A DNA stretch of 64,000 nucleotides from Limnoglobus sp. (GTDB lineage: Bacteria > Planctomycetota > Planctomycetia > Gemmatales > Gemmataceae), in contig JAYVQG010000171.1 in the NCBI GenBank assembly GCA_043757025.1, forward strand, positions 1,833 through 65,832, written 5' to 3'. This document shows positions 29,185 to 39,615 of this stretch, one piece after another; the first letter of the stretch is position 1, and every line of letters starts with the position of its first letter. The notes beneath the pieces were generated by a model. It searched no databases. It saw nothing but the letters and a program-made list of their open reading frames with translations, and had not been told where the DNA came from. The position numbers and the translations under genes were made by a program.

Positions 29185-29517
29185 TTATATCTTCGGCTCG
29201 AAAGGCATTGCATTTGTCAACGACCAACCCTGCGGCAACGCCAATGAATGCTGACGGATTCGAGTCCATTGGCGGGGAGTGACATCCAGGATGAAAATCT
29301 TGTGCTCGGATTCCATTCCGGTATCGACGCCAAAGTCGATCGGTTCGAGAGTGTCATCGTTTATGTCTGCAACCAATTCATTGATTTCGACGAACCGGAT
29401 CTCGCGTTCGGGGGCATTCGTCGGAAGGTACTGGATGGATCGAATCGCTGGGTCAGTTCTTAGATGCTGTTTAGCGTACCACCTCGCCAACGAGTCTCGG
29501 TCGAATGGGGCTGTCAT
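29185..29517 (-). CDS. Hypothetical 110-aa protein (possible minimal nucleotidyltransferase-like antitoxin)
   Basis: Well-formed ORF (YLPTNAPEREIRFVEIN...IFILDVTP) with an RBS-like GCGAGG; fold assignment is inference. Confidence 0.7.
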   Translation of the reverse strand: MTAPFDRDSLARWYAKQHLRTDPAIRSIQYLPTNAPEREIRFVEINELVADINDDTLEPIDFGVDTGMESEHKIFILDVTPRQWTRIRQHSLALPQGWSLTNAMPFEPKI

Positions 29518-29544
29518 GGTTTGCCTCGCAGGTGAAGGTGGGTA

Positions 29545-29631
29545 TTATGTGCGGGTCGGGGGCGGTGCGGCGACAGCAATCGTTGTCGAGAGTGCGAACC
29601 ACGCGACGGCTACCCACGAGACAAATTTCAT
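29545..29631 (-). pseudogene. 28-codon ORF: signal peptide plus 7 residues, probable remnant of a secreted protein gene
   Basis: GGAG RBS, MKFVSWVAVAWFALSTTIAVA-APPPTRT*. Confidence 0.35.
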
Positions 29632-29647
29632 TGACGCACTCCGGAAT

Positions 29648-29773
29648 TCATCGCCCGTAGTTATAGCCGCGCGGCTGGATCACTGCTTGCACGCCGTAAC
29701 CGACCAGCGATGCCAGTAGCAGCATCGCCAAAATCAACAGTATCCAGCCGCGAATTCGCTTGTGTATACTCAC
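29648..29773 (-). CDS. 41-aa single-TM peptide coupled to the upstream gene
   Basis: GTG start overlaps the TGA of the PSD1 gene (GTGA); MSIHKRIRGWILLILAMLLLASLVGYGVQAVIQPRGYNYGR. Confidence 0.45.
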   Translation of the reverse strand: MSIHKRIRGWILLILAMLLLASLVGYGVQAVIQPRGYNYGR

Positions 29774-32700
29774 TTGTTTAGCACTTCGTCGAGGTTCAGC
29801 AGTTGGTTGCAGAGCATCGTGTAGGCGGCGAGGTCGGCGGGTGCGAGTTTCGCGTTGGGCTTGCTTTCGCCGTAGGCGATCAACTTCTTCGCTTCATCGG
29901 GTTTCGCTTGGAACTCGGTCCGCAGTTCCTTCAGCGACTCGGCGACGATGCCCATTTCGGCAGGCAAAAGCGAACGCGCCAACAGCCGTTTGGCGATGAA
30001 GTCCAGCCGCTTCTCGTCGGTATCGCCCGCAGCCAGCGCGCTCTCCGCAAGTACCCGTGCGGCTTCGACGAACTGCACGTCGTTCAGCGTGAGGAGTGCC
30101 TGCAACGGCGTGTTCGTGCGTTCGCGTTTGACAGTACACGTCTCGCGGTTCGGCGCGTTGAGAATCTCCATCGAAGCCGGCGGTGCGGCGCGTTTCCAGA
30201 AGGTGTACATGCTGCGGCGATAGAGTTTTTCGCCGCTGTCGCGTTTGTAATCGCGGGTGTTGCTACCGATCATCGCGACGGCTTCCCAGACGCCTTCGGG
30301 TTGGTACGGCTTGACGCTCGCGCCGCCGATCTTGCGGACGAGCAATCCACTCGCGGCGAGTGCGTAATCGCGCACGGCTTCGGCATCGAGGCGGAAGCGC
30401 GGACCGCGACTGATCCACTTGTTGGCGGGATCCTTGTCGAGCTTTTCCTTCGTGGTGACAGCCGATTGTCGGTACGCCGCCGAGGTCACCAGCAGTTTGA
30501 AGAACCGCTTGATGTTCCAGTCCGACTGGAAATCGAGTGCGAGCCAATCGAGGAGTTCGGGGTGCGTCGGGGCATCGCCGGTGACGCCGAAATCGCCGGA
30601 GGTGCGGACGAGGCCGGTGCCGTAGAGTTCCTGCCAGAAGCGGTTGACGTTGACGCGGCTCGTCAGCGGGTGGTTAGGCAGTAACAGCCACTTCGCGAAG
30701 CCGAGGCGATTTTTCGGCAGTTCCGCGGGGAATGCGGGCAACGCGCTCGGTGTGGCGGGGGCGACTTTGTCTTTTCGCTTGTCGTAATCGCCGCGATTCA
30801 AAATGAACGCCTCGGCCATCATCGCCTTCTCGGCGGAGATGTGCGCGATCGTCCCCCGCGAGCGAATATCGATTTCCTCTTGCTGCAATTTCGCCTCGTC
30901 GGCGTTCATCGCGAGGTACGCGACATCGCTACTGGCGACCCACCAATCGTACAACTCATCCGTTTCCTTCGGCGTGCGCTTCTCTTTCGCAAGGAGTTCC
31001 GTGGCGTAGCCGGTCTTGGCGATCCGTGCGATTTCCGGCCCCGTCAGCGTTTTGCCGTAGAGCCGGAGATCTTCGAGTGCGACATTTTGTACCCGCGCAC
31101 CATCGGTACGCTGACCGATGCGGAACGGTACCTTCGTCCGGATCGTGCTCTTGAGCGTGTTCGATTGCGTGTCGGACGGTTGCAGCACGCCGTTGTGGTA
31201 AATCTTTACGCCTTCGGGTGTCGCCGAGCCATCGTAGGCGACGAAAACGTGCGTCCACTCGTTCGGTTTCAACGGCGTACGGCTCACCACCTTCAGCGCA
31301 TCGGCGGGGAAATTGTTGATCAGGTGCATCCCGATCTTGTCGGCTTCCATCCACAGATCCCAGCCGCGATGCCCCTGTGCGGGGGTGTCCATTCGCGAGA
31401 CGATCGCGCCCGTCGAACCGCGCTTGGTAATCTTCACCCAACCGCCGACGGTGAAGCCTTGCTTCGTGTCGAAGTCGCCGACCTCGGGCAGTTCGACGCT
31501 CGCGCCTTGTTTCACCTGGAACGCTTTCGCCGCATTCTTGCCCTTCGTCCAGTCGAAGCCATCGGGGAGCGTGACCGGCTTGTCTTTGCCGTTCACGGTG
31601 AGGTTGAGCGTCTTACCGGTGCCTTCGGTCAGCTTCGCGTGCAGTTGCAAATCTTCGGTCGGCACCATCGCACCGACTGCGGCGGGCTTGACATTTTTGA
31701 GCCATGCGTCGAAGTCGCCGCGTGCCGATTTCTTCCGGTCGATCATCTTCGCGCGGACCGCAACGAGGTCTTTGCCGATCGCCGCGAAGCGCTTCTGATC
31801 GCCCGCGTTCGGCACCTGAATGATCGGCGGCGTGTCGGGGATGTTCCCGTCCATCGCGGCTTGCGTCGTGTTGTTGAAGAACGCGGACATACTGTAAAAT
31901 TCGCGCTGCGAGATCGGGTCGAACTTGTGGTCGTGGCAGACGGCGCAACCGGCAGTCAGGCCCATCCACACTTGGTTCGCCGTCTCGGTCCGGTCCCGCG
32001 TGTACAGCACGAGATATTCCTCGGAAATCGCGCCGCCTTCGTTCGTCGTGATGTTGCAACGGTTGAACCCCGTCGCCACTTTCTGATCGATGGTCGCGTT
32101 CGGCAGCAAGTCGCCCGCCAATTGCTCGATCGTGAACTGATCGAATTTCATGTTGGAATTGAAGGCATTAATCACCCAGTCGCGGTACGACCACATCTCG
32201 CGGGAGTTATCGAAGTGGATGCCGTGCGTGTCCGCATAGCGCGCCGCATCGAGCCAGTACCGCCCGCGGTGTTCGCCCCAATGCACGGAGGTCATGAGCT
32301 TATCGACGTAGCGTTCGTAGTAATCGGGGGCTTTATCGTTGACGAATTCCTCGACCGCGGCCGGGTCCGGTGGCAGGCCGATGAGATCGAGCGAAAGTCG
32401 CCGTGCGATGGTGCGGCGGTCGGCTTCGGGGGCGGGTTGCAGGCCGCGCTTCTCGAGTTCGGCCAGCACGAAGTGATCGATCGGCGTGCGCGCCCAACCG
32501 GCGGTTTTCACAGCCGGCACCCCAGCTACCTTCGGCGCGATGAACGCCCAGTGCGGCTGGTACTCCGCGCCTTCGGCGACCCACTGCTTCAGCATCGCTT
32601 TCTGTTGCGGCTTGAGTTCCTTGTGCGAACTCGGCGGGGGCATCCGCTTCTTTTCGTCGTCGGGCAAAAACAGCCGTTCGACGAGCTTACTCTCGTCTGG

Positions 32701-32910
32701 CTTGCCCGGCACGATGGCCTCTTTGTCGATCGCCGCCGCGCGGTCGTCGAGCCGCAATTTCGCCTTCCGTGCGGCACTATCCGTCCCGTGGCACGCGAAG
32801 CAATTCTCGGCGAGAATCGGCCGAATGTCGCGGTTGAACTGAAGTTTGCCATCGGCGCGGATCGCCGATCCGCCAGCGAGAATCGCGATCAGAGTGAGAA
32901 CACGTGTCAT
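29770..32910 (-). CDS. Planctomycete cytochrome c / DUF1549 / LamG-like / DUF1553 (PSD1) protein
   Basis: FNRDIRPILAENCFACHG (CxxCH), WGEHRGRYWLDAARYADT, CAVCHDHKFDP, HPELLDWLA, TNTPLQAL. Confidence 0.95.
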   Translation of the reverse strand: MTRVLTLIAILAGGSAIRADGKLQFNRDIRPILAENCFACHGTDSAARKAKLRLDDRAAAIDKEAIVPGKPDESKLVERLFLPDDEKKRMPPPSSHKELKPQQKAMLKQWVAEGAEYQPHWAFIAPKVAGVPAVKTAGWARTPIDHFVLAELEKRGLQPAPEADRRTIARRLSLDLIGLPPDPAAVEEFVNDKAPDYYERYVDKLMTSVHWGEHRGRYWLDAARYADTHGIHFDNSREMWSYRDWVINAFNSNMKFDQFTIEQLAGDLLPNATIDQKVATGFNRCNITTNEGGAISEEYLVLYTRDRTETANQVWMGLTAGCAVCHDHKFDPISQREFYSMSAFFNNTTQAAMDGNIPDTPPIIQVPNAGDQKRFAAIGKDLVAVRAKMIDRKKSARGDFDAWLKNVKPAAVGAMVPTEDLQLHAKLTEGTGKTLNLTVNGKDKPVTLPDGFDWTKGKNAAKAFQVKQGASVELPEVGDFDTKQGFTVGGWVKITKRGSTGAIVSRMDTPAQGHRGWDLWMEADKIGMHLINNFPADALKVVSRTPLKPNEWTHVFVAYDGSATPEGVKIYHNGVLQPSDTQSNTLKSTIRTKVPFRIGQRTDGARVQNVALEDLRLYGKTLTGPEIARIAKTGYATELLAKEKRTPKETDELYDWWVASSDVAYLAMNADEAKLQQEEIDIRSRGTIAHISAEKAMMAEAFILNRGDYDKRKDKVAPATPSALPAFPAELPKNRLGFAKWLLLPNHPLTSRVNVNRFWQELYGTGLVRTSGDFGVTGDAPTHPELLDWLALDFQSDWNIKRFFKLLVTSAAYRQSAVTTKEKLDKDPANKWISRGPRFRLDAEAVRDYALAASGLLVRKIGGASVKPYQPEGVWEAVAMIGSNTRDYKRDSGEKLYRRSMYTFWKRAAPPASMEILNAPNRETCTVKRERTNTPLQALLTLNDVQFVEAARVLAESALAAGDTDEKRLDFIAKRLLARSLLPAEMGIVAESLKELRTEFQAKPDEAKKLIAYGESKPNAKLAPADLAAYTMLCNQLLNLDEVLNK

Positions 32911-33611
32911 CGGTGTCCCTTTTTTATCGGTGGAGAAGTTTCGATTGTCCGAGTGTGGTCGAAGGTTACGCCAATCCAATAGCGTTCGCCAGATTGTATG
33001 TGCTGCGCCATCGCATCGGCGGCCCCGACCGCGTCATTCGCCTTGAGTGCGTCGAGTATCCGCATATGTTCGTCGGCTTCGATGGCGAGCCGCGAGTAAT
33101 CGTTCTGAGTGGCGACTCGCTCCCACGAACCATCGCGGAACGCTCGGAACAACAGCTTCAGGCGGCCAATTTCGCGTGCCAGCAGTTCGTTCCCACACGC
33201 CGCAGCGATCGCATCGTGCAAGCGACTATCGACGACCCGCGCGATCCGTACGAGTTCCGCGTCCGGCTCATCGCAACGGCTGCGAATCTGGCGAATCGCA
33301 TCGCCAATCCCTTCCAGCGATTCCTGCGTCATTTTACCGCACGCCATCCGCACCGCTTCGCACTCGAGAATCCGCCGCACCTGGCAGACTTCGCGCACCT
33401 CGCGTTCGCCGACCCGCCGCACGATCGCGCCGCGGTTCGGCAACAGGTCGATCATGCCGATGGCGGCGAGCGCGATCAACGCTTCGCGGATGGGAGTCTG
33501 GCTGACGCCGTGGCGTTCGGCTAATTCTTGTGCGACGAGCCGTTGTCCTGCTGTCAGCGTGCCGTTGAAAATCTCCGCAAGAATCGTGGACGTCAGCGCC
33601 TCGCGGCGCAA
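32907..33611 (-). CDS. GntR family transcriptional regulator with FCD domain
   Basis: LAERHGVSQTPIREAL, GAIVR, EVRRILECEA, DSRLHDAI, EHMRIL; stop overlaps the PSD1 start (ATGA). Confidence 0.93.
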   Translation of the reverse strand: MRREALTSTILAEIFNGTLTAGQRLVAQELAERHGVSQTPIREALIALAAIGMIDLLPNRGAIVRRVGEREVREVCQVRRILECEAVRMACGKMTQESLEGIGDAIRQIRSRCDEPDAELVRIARVVDSRLHDAIAAACGNELLAREIGRLKLLFRAFRDGSWERVATQNDYSRLAIEADEHMRILDALKANDAVGAADAMAQHIQSGERYWIGVTFDHTRTIETSPPIKKGHR

Positions 33612-34030
33612 GCCGTGATCCCACTTCGCGGTTCGTCTCGGATCAGTATTTGTCGGAGTGTCGATCGCGGATCAACCGAGGAGTGTTTGGGTAGGTATTT
33701 GCATCTTATCTCCCCGCACAACGATAAGCGAACATTTTATAAGATCGGTGACGTGCCGTAACTGACTCGCCTACGAAATTCGACTTGCGATACGAAATTT
33801 ATGGCTCATCCGGGAAGTGCGTACTTCTCGCTGGCTATAAAAGAGGAACATGCCGTTTCGTGAAGGGTAACGACACCATCTTCAGAAGCACGCTTTCCGC
33901 TCGGAGACACTCAGATGCCCGGTGAAAACGAGCTTGCGAATCAGTGCCGTTTCATCCATGTTCCCCTCAGACTCGCAACGACCACCACGTATGGTCACCT
34001 TTGTGGGGATACCCGGTTCAAACGAAAATC

Positions 34031-34876
34031 TCACACCACGCCGATGCCGCTAACGAGGTCGCGGTGCGTGAGTTCGCGGTTGGCGGGGGCGATCAGGTAG
34101 CCGCCGGGGGAGCCGGAGCAATCGAGCGTGACTTGCCGCGAATTCGGCACCGTGAAGCCCGTTTCGGCGGCGATGTGGCCCGTGACGAGCCAATCGGCAT
34201 CGACCTTTCGCAAGAACAATTCGACGCTTTCCTCGGAGGTGTCGCGGCCCCAGAGCATCCCGTAAACGATGCCGCCGGGCTGATATTCCTTGTCGTCGTA
34301 GATGTCTTGTTCGAGCTTGCGTACGTCGAACAACGGCAGGTTCCGACCGGGGATCAGCGTGTGACTGAAGAAGATGCGGTTCGCCGTGCGCAACCCCATC
34401 GGGCAGGCCTGGAACAGTTCGATGTACGCGCGATAAATGTCCGGCATCGCGGACCCGTACGCGGCGATCACGCCTTTGCGGAACCGCTCGTTGAGGTCGT
34501 CGCTGCCCTTCAAAATCTTGCGGCCCGTCCACTGTGCCATCTCGTGATTGCCCGGCAAGTAATGCACGCGCCCCGGAAATTGGCACTTCACCGCCGCGAA
34601 CAAATCGACGAGCTGATGCGATTTTTCGCTGCCATCGGGATACGGAAATGGCCCGTGGACGAGTTCCTGCAACACGAGGTGCCGTTGCGGATTCGCGGCC
34701 AAGTCGGCGAGTTTCCAGATGGCTTGAAAGTTCGGTACGTGGCCGTGAAGATCGCCGACGACAAAGACATCGCTGGCATCGATGAGGTGAACGAGGTGCC
34801 CGACGCGACCCGGCGTGGCGGCCACCGCGTCGATGGCCCGGCGAAGCGTGTTCAACATTCGGTCCGGTGGCGGCAT
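34031..34876 (-). CDS. Metallophosphoesterase (calcineurin-like)
   Basis: GDLHG, ELVHG, GNHE, FSH and GH motifs. Confidence 0.9.
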   Translation of the reverse strand: MPPPDRMLNTLRRAIDAVAATPGRVGHLVHLIDASDVFVVGDLHGHVPNFQAIWKLADLAANPQRHLVLQELVHGPFPYPDGSEKSHQLVDLFAAVKCQFPGRVHYLPGNHEMAQWTGRKILKGSDDLNERFRKGVIAAYGSAMPDIYRAYIELFQACPMGLRTANRIFFSHTLIPGRNLPLFDVRKLEQDIYDDKEYQPGGIVYGMLWGRDTSEESVELFLRKVDADWLVTGHIAAETGFTVPNSRQVTLDCSGSPGGYLIAPANRELTHRDLVSGIGVV

Positions 34877-34938
34877 AAAAGCTCCTCGAAGTCGTATTGT
34901 AGTCACACGCGCATTTTTCACAATTACCGGGGGCATTC

Positions 34939-35973
34939 ATGGTTATCGCACGGCAAGCGGTCATTCTCGAACCGTACAAAGTCGGCGTCCGCGAGGTCGC
35001 ACTCGCCGACCCGGCCGCGAATCAGATCCTGATCGCGGCCGAGTATTCGGGCGTCAGCGCGGGTACCGAACTCGCCGTGTACACCGGCTCGCACCAGTGG
35101 CTCAAAGATCCGAACCTGCCCGATTGGAAGTTCCCGTTTCGCTCGGGATACTCGGCGGCGGGGCGGGTGCTGAAGGTGGGTAAAGAGTTCCCCGGTGGCT
35201 TCGAGGAAGGCGATCGCGTCAGTTTCCCCGGCAACCATGCGTCGGCGGAACTGCTCACCGTGGGCCACGAACGCTGCCGTGTCTGGAAGATGCCGGACAC
35301 GCTGAGCTTCGAGAAAGCCGCCGTGGCGGTGATCGCGCGTTACGGCCTCGGTGCGTCGATCCGCGCAGGGCTGACACTCGGCCGCAGCGGGGCCGTGCTG
35401 GGCCTCGGCATCATCGGCCAGTTCGCACTCCGCTGCCAGATCGCCGCCGGAATGTCGCCCGTTGTCGGCATCGATGAAGTGAAAATGCGCCGCGAAGCGG
35501 CACTCGCCGCCGGTGCGGACTTCGTCATCGACCCGAAGGCGGGCGACGTGAAACAACAACTGCACGCATTGCTCGGCACGAAGGGCGCGGAAGTCGTCGC
35601 CGACGCGACCGGCATACCCGCCGCGATCCCCACCGCCATGAGCCTCGCTTGCGATGCGGGCCAAGTCATCGTCGTCGGCAGCCCGCGCGGCAAAGCCGCA
35701 GAAGTGAACTTCTACGACGACCTGCACCGCCGCTACATCGAAGTCAGCGGCGCGCACGGCAACATGCTCTTCGAACCCGCACACATCCGCTTAGCGGGCG
35801 CATGGGATATCAACAAAGCGCAAATGTGGTTGTTGCGAACGATCGCTAACGGTCGCCTGAGCTTAAACAAACTCGTCACGCATACCATCGCACCCGAAGG
35901 CCTCGGCGAAGCGTACGAAGGCTTGTTGAAGAACAAGGACGAGTATCTGGGTGTCAACGTGAAGTGGGTGTGA
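34939..35973 (+). CDS. Zinc-binding alcohol dehydrogenase / MDR family oxidoreductase
   Basis: GVSAGTE, SGYSAAG, GLGIIG Rossmann motif, DATG. Confidence 0.9.
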   Translation: MVIARQAVILEPYKVGVREVALADPAANQILIAAEYSGVSAGTELAVYTGSHQWLKDPNLPDWKFPFRSGYSAAGRVLKVGKEFPGGFEEGDRVSFPGNHASAELLTVGHERCRVWKMPDTLSFEKAAVAVIARYGLGASIRAGLTLGRSGAVLGLGIIGQFALRCQIAAGMSPVVGIDEVKMRREAALAAGADFVIDPKAGDVKQQLHALLGTKGAEVVADATGIPAAIPTAMSLACDAGQVIVVGSPRGKAAEVNFYDDLHRRYIEVSGAHGNMLFEPAHIRLAGAWDINKAQMWLLRTIANGRLSLNKLVTHTIAPEGLGEAYEGLLKNKDEYLGVNVKWV

Positions 35974-36066
35974 GCGGCTTCAAAATGCGAGAATCGCAAT
36001 TTCCGTGGTGCGTTTGACACGCCGATTCCGCATGATCTCGTATCGCCCCACTACGAGGATTACCCG

Positions 36067-38730
36067 ATGTCCGACGAAACGCTCTTCTCCGACGCACTGG
36101 CCATTGCCGATCCGGTCGCACGGGCGGCGTTCCTCGATCGTGCCTGCCCGGACCCTGCGCAACGTCAACGGGTAGCGGAATTGCTTGCCGCCGTTGGCAA
36201 TTCTCACGCGCTGGACCGGCCCCCGGTCGATCTCGCGCGCACGGGTGCGTACGAACCGGTGACCGTCAAAGATTCTGCGTCTGCAGGGGATCGGATTGGG
36301 CCGTACAAGTTGCTCGAAAAGATCGGTGAAGGCGGCATGGGCGAAGTCTGGGTGGCCGACCAACTCGAACCGATCAAACGTCGCGTGGCGATCAAACTCA
36401 TCAAGTCTGGTATGGATTCGCGAAGCGTCCTCGGCCGATTCGAAGCGGAACGGCAAGCGCTGGCTGTGATGGATCACCCGAATATTTCCAAAGTGCTGGA
36501 CGCAGGCACCACGGCCGATGGCCGCCCGTATTTCGTTATGGAACTGGTGAAGGGCACGCCGATTACGGAGTTCGCCGACGCCCGCAAGCTGACGCCAAAG
36601 CAACGGCTCGAATTGTTCATTCCCGTGTGCCACGCGATTCAACACGCCCACATGAAGGGGATCATCCATCGCGACATCAAGCCGTCGAACGTCCTGGTGG
36701 CACTGCACGATGAACTGCCAGTTCCGAAGGTCATCGACTTCGGCGTGGCGAAGGCGATCGGCCAGCAACTCAGCGACAAGACCATCTACACCGGCTTCGG
36801 CGCGCTCGTCGGCACGCCGGCGTACATGGCACCAGAGCAAGCCACATTCAACCAACTCGATGTTGATACGCGGGCCGATGTGTACGCGCTCGGCGTGCTG
36901 CTGTACGAACTACTTGCGGGCAGCCCGCCGATCGAGAAGGAGCGGATGAAGAAGGCCGCGCTCGACGAAGTGCTGCGGATTGTCCGCGACGAAGAACCGC
37001 CTCGCCCGAGCCAACGGCTGAGCACCTCGCAGGCGAAAGCGAGCATCGCCGCAACCCGCGGGAGCGAACCGGCGAAACTCTCCGCCCTCATGAAAGGCGA
37101 GATCGACTGGATCGTGATGAAGGCGCTGGAGAAGGACCGCACCCGCCGCTACGACACCGCCAACGGCCTGGCGAAGGACATCCAGCGCTACCTGAGCGGC
37201 GACTCGGTGGAAGCGTGCCCGCCGACACTGGGCTACCGCCTGCGGAAGGCATACCGGAAGAACCGGGTGTCGATCGTCACGTCTGGTGCGTTTGTATTCG
37301 TGCTCTTCGCCGCTACGTTGGTCAGCTTGATCCACGCAACCCGGGCGACGCTCGCCGAGCGGGATGCGATTCATCACGGGTTGCGTGCAGAAGAAGAAAG
37401 GCAGAAGGCCGAAGTTGAGGTACGGAAGGCTCGTAAACAGACCGAGATCGCCGAGGCTGTGAAAGAATTTCTGGAACGCGACTTGATCGCCCAAGCCAAT
37501 CCGTTGGATGGCGGTCCCGGTGACATCAGGCCCGACCCCGACTTGAAATTGAAAACGGCCCTCGATCGGGCTGTCCCGCACATCGCGAAGCGATTCGAGG
37601 GGAAACCACTCATCGAGGCCTCGATCCGCCGCGCCATCGGCAATGCCTATTTGGGCCGTGGACTCCTTTCGGAAGCGCAGACTCAGTTTGAAAAAGCCTG
37701 CGAACTGTACCGAGCCGAACTGACGCACGTGGAACGAGATGATGTCGAGACCCTCGTTCGCGACCCGTATGTCGAGGCGATGATTGAATTGATCAACCTC
37801 TACTCCAGTCAAGGACAAAAGCAGAAAGCCCTGGCCACGATTCCTGTGTTGGAAGAGCAGGTTCGTCGATCGTTCGGCGACGACCCCGAAGGAAAGACGG
37901 TTTTGGAAATGATGGCCGGACTTCGCGACGTTTTAGAGGGAAAAGAACCGACCAAAGCACTTCAGATGAATCGGGAGATCCTACGAAAACTATTCGCCGA
38001 AACATCGTCGGATCGACCAGCCGGTAGCCGGACACCGGAGCAGAAGTCCCAAGACAAAGTGGTGCGGGCAGCGGAGGAAGGCGTCATGGACGCTCTCCAG
38101 CAAATGGAGAACTTCACTGCAGCCATCAAGTTGATGAGCCAAGGCAAATACGCGGATGCCGAACACGTTCTGAAGCAAATGATCGAGCCGCGACGTGCGA
38201 AAGGCGAGGCGGAGGTGCTGGTTATGATCCCCATGTTGGCCGAAGTCCAACGGCTTCAAGGCAAGTTCGCGGAGGCGAGGGCGAATTACGAATCGGCTCG
38301 CGACGGTATCCGGAAGGCTCTCGGCGAAGATCACCCGAGCTTGGGTGCCTGCCATTACGGACTGGCTCAGGCCCTGCTATCGGAAATGAAGTATCCCCAG
38401 GCCGAAACCGAAGTTCGTGCCGCGCTCGCCTTTTACGAAAAGCGCATGCCCGACGATCTGATCCGTTTTGAAGTGATGGGAATGTTGGGTGCCGCATTGG
38501 TGGGCCAAAAGAAGTATGCCGACGCCGAACCACTGCTGCTGAAAGGTTACCAAGGGTTGAAAGACCGTGAGAAGACGATCCCGGAACTGGGCAAAATCCG
38601 CATCCCCGATGCGCTCGACCGGCTCATCGATCTCTCCGTTGCCACCAACAAGCTCGACGACGTCAAGAAGTGGCGGGCCGAACGGGCGAAGTACCCGCAG
38701 GTAGCCCCGCTGCCGGAGCCGAAGAAGTGA
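36067..38730 (+). CDS. Hanks-type Ser/Thr protein kinase with TPR region
   Basis: GEGGMGEV, VAIK, HRDIKPSN, DFG, GTPAYMAPEQ, DVYALG; C-terminal TPR-like helices. Confidence 0.96.
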   Translation: MSDETLFSDALAIADPVARAAFLDRACPDPAQRQRVAELLAAVGNSHALDRPPVDLARTGAYEPVTVKDSASAGDRIGPYKLLEKIGEGGMGEVWVADQLEPIKRRVAIKLIKSGMDSRSVLGRFEAERQALAVMDHPNISKVLDAGTTADGRPYFVMELVKGTPITEFADARKLTPKQRLELFIPVCHAIQHAHMKGIIHRDIKPSNVLVALHDELPVPKVIDFGVAKAIGQQLSDKTIYTGFGALVGTPAYMAPEQATFNQLDVDTRADVYALGVLLYELLAGSPPIEKERMKKAALDEVLRIVRDEEPPRPSQRLSTSQAKASIAATRGSEPAKLSALMKGEIDWIVMKALEKDRTRRYDTANGLAKDIQRYLSGDSVEACPPTLGYRLRKAYRKNRVSIVTSGAFVFVLFAATLVSLIHATRATLAERDAIHHGLRAEEERQKAEVEVRKARKQTEIAEAVKEFLERDLIAQANPLDGGPGDIRPDPDLKLKTALDRAVPHIAKRFEGKPLIEASIRRAIGNAYLGRGLLSEAQTQFEKACELYRAELTHVERDDVETLVRDPYVEAMIELINLYSSQGQKQKALATIPVLEEQVRRSFGDDPEGKTVLEMMAGLRDVLEGKEPTKALQMNREILRKLFAETSSDRPAGSRTPEQKSQDKVVRAAEEGVMDALQQMENFTAAIKLMSQGKYADAEHVLKQMIEPRRAKGEAEVLVMIPMLAEVQRLQGKFAEARANYESARDGIRKALGEDHPSLGACHYGLAQALLSEMKYPQAETEVRAALAFYEKRMPDDLIRFEVMGMLGAALVGQKKYADAEPLLLKGYQGLKDREKTIPELGKIRIPDALDRLIDLSVATNKLDDVKKWRAERAKYPQVAPLPEPKK

Positions 38731-38834
38731 CCCCTGTTACGCAACTCCTGCAAGCGGCGAACCGCGGCGACCGGCTGGCGGTCGCGGAGTTGTTGCCAAT
38801 CGTGTATGCGGAGCTGCGCCTACTCGCGGCGGCG
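38727..38834 (+). pseudogene. 5' fragment (36 codons) of a TIGR02999-type ECF sigma gene; direct repeat of 39612-39719
   Basis: MTPVTQLLQAANRGDRLAVAELLPIVYAELRLLAAA; 12 mismatches in 108 nt versus the intact copy. Confidence 0.85.
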
Positions 38835-38877
38835 GAAGTGATAGGGGTTCGATACAATGGAACTCAAGGAGGATCTC

Positions 38878-39615
38878 ATGCCGCTCCGCGACCACTTTCG
38901 ACCGCCGACGACCAAATACGGCTCATGGACATCGCTCCATGGTGGCTGGCCGATGGTTATTACTCAGCAAATTCGCAAGCAGTTGCCGCCGGGCTTTGTC
39001 GCAGCACCTCAGGCGCAACTGGGGGCCTATTTCGAGATCGATCTGGCCGCCTTCGAGGAAGACGAAATTTCAAGAAACGGCATCACCAATAGCTACGGCG
39101 GTGTTGCAACCGCGACGCTCGCCCGCCCAAAACCGACCTGGGCGATCGAGACCGACGTGCCGGAAGACGACGTGTTTGAAGTCGAGATTTACAGCGTCGA
39201 AGAAGAACGAACACTCGTAGCTGTCATTGAGATCGTCAGCCCGGCGAACAAGGATCGGCCCGAGAAGCGACGTGCCTTCATCGGCAAGTGCGGGGCACTG
39301 CTGCGCAAAGGCGTGGCTGTGAGCATTGTTGACCTGGTGACGATTCGTCATGCGAACCTCTATGCCGAACTGATGACGTTCATCGGTCACCCCGACCCGA
39401 ACCTTGAACCGGAACCATCGCCGCTCTATGCTTCGTCGTGCCGGTGGACCACGAATGCTGAGGGCACCCGCGCTCACCTGGTAGCGTGGTCCAGCCCGAT
39501 GACTGTGGGGCAATCGCTCCCGTCGCTGCCGTTATGGCTCACAGACACACATTCCCTTCTGTTCGACCTCGAACGCAGCTACGAGCAGGCCTGCGAAGAT
39601 CTGAGCATCCCGTGA
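38878..39615 (+). CDS. DUF4058 family protein
   Basis: AGGAGG RBS; MPLRDHFRPP...W, VAVIEIVSPANK, LPSLPLWL, DLERSYEQAC. Confidence 0.88.
   Translation: MPLRDHFRPPTTKYGSWTSLHGGWPMVITQQIRKQLPPGFVAAPQAQLGAYFEIDLAAFEEDEISRNGITNSYGGVATATLARPKPTWAIETDVPEDDVFEVEIYSVEEERTLVAVIEIVSPANKDRPEKRRAFIGKCGALLRKGVAVSIVDLVTIRHANLYAELMTFIGHPDPNLEPEPSPLYASSCRWTTNAEGTRAHLVAWSSPMTVGQSLPSLPLWLTDTHSLLFDLERSYEQACEDLSIP

Noticed and set aside
30841-32982. 713-aa plus-strand ORF
   Set aside because: Antisense shadow of the PSD1 gene, expected at high GC.
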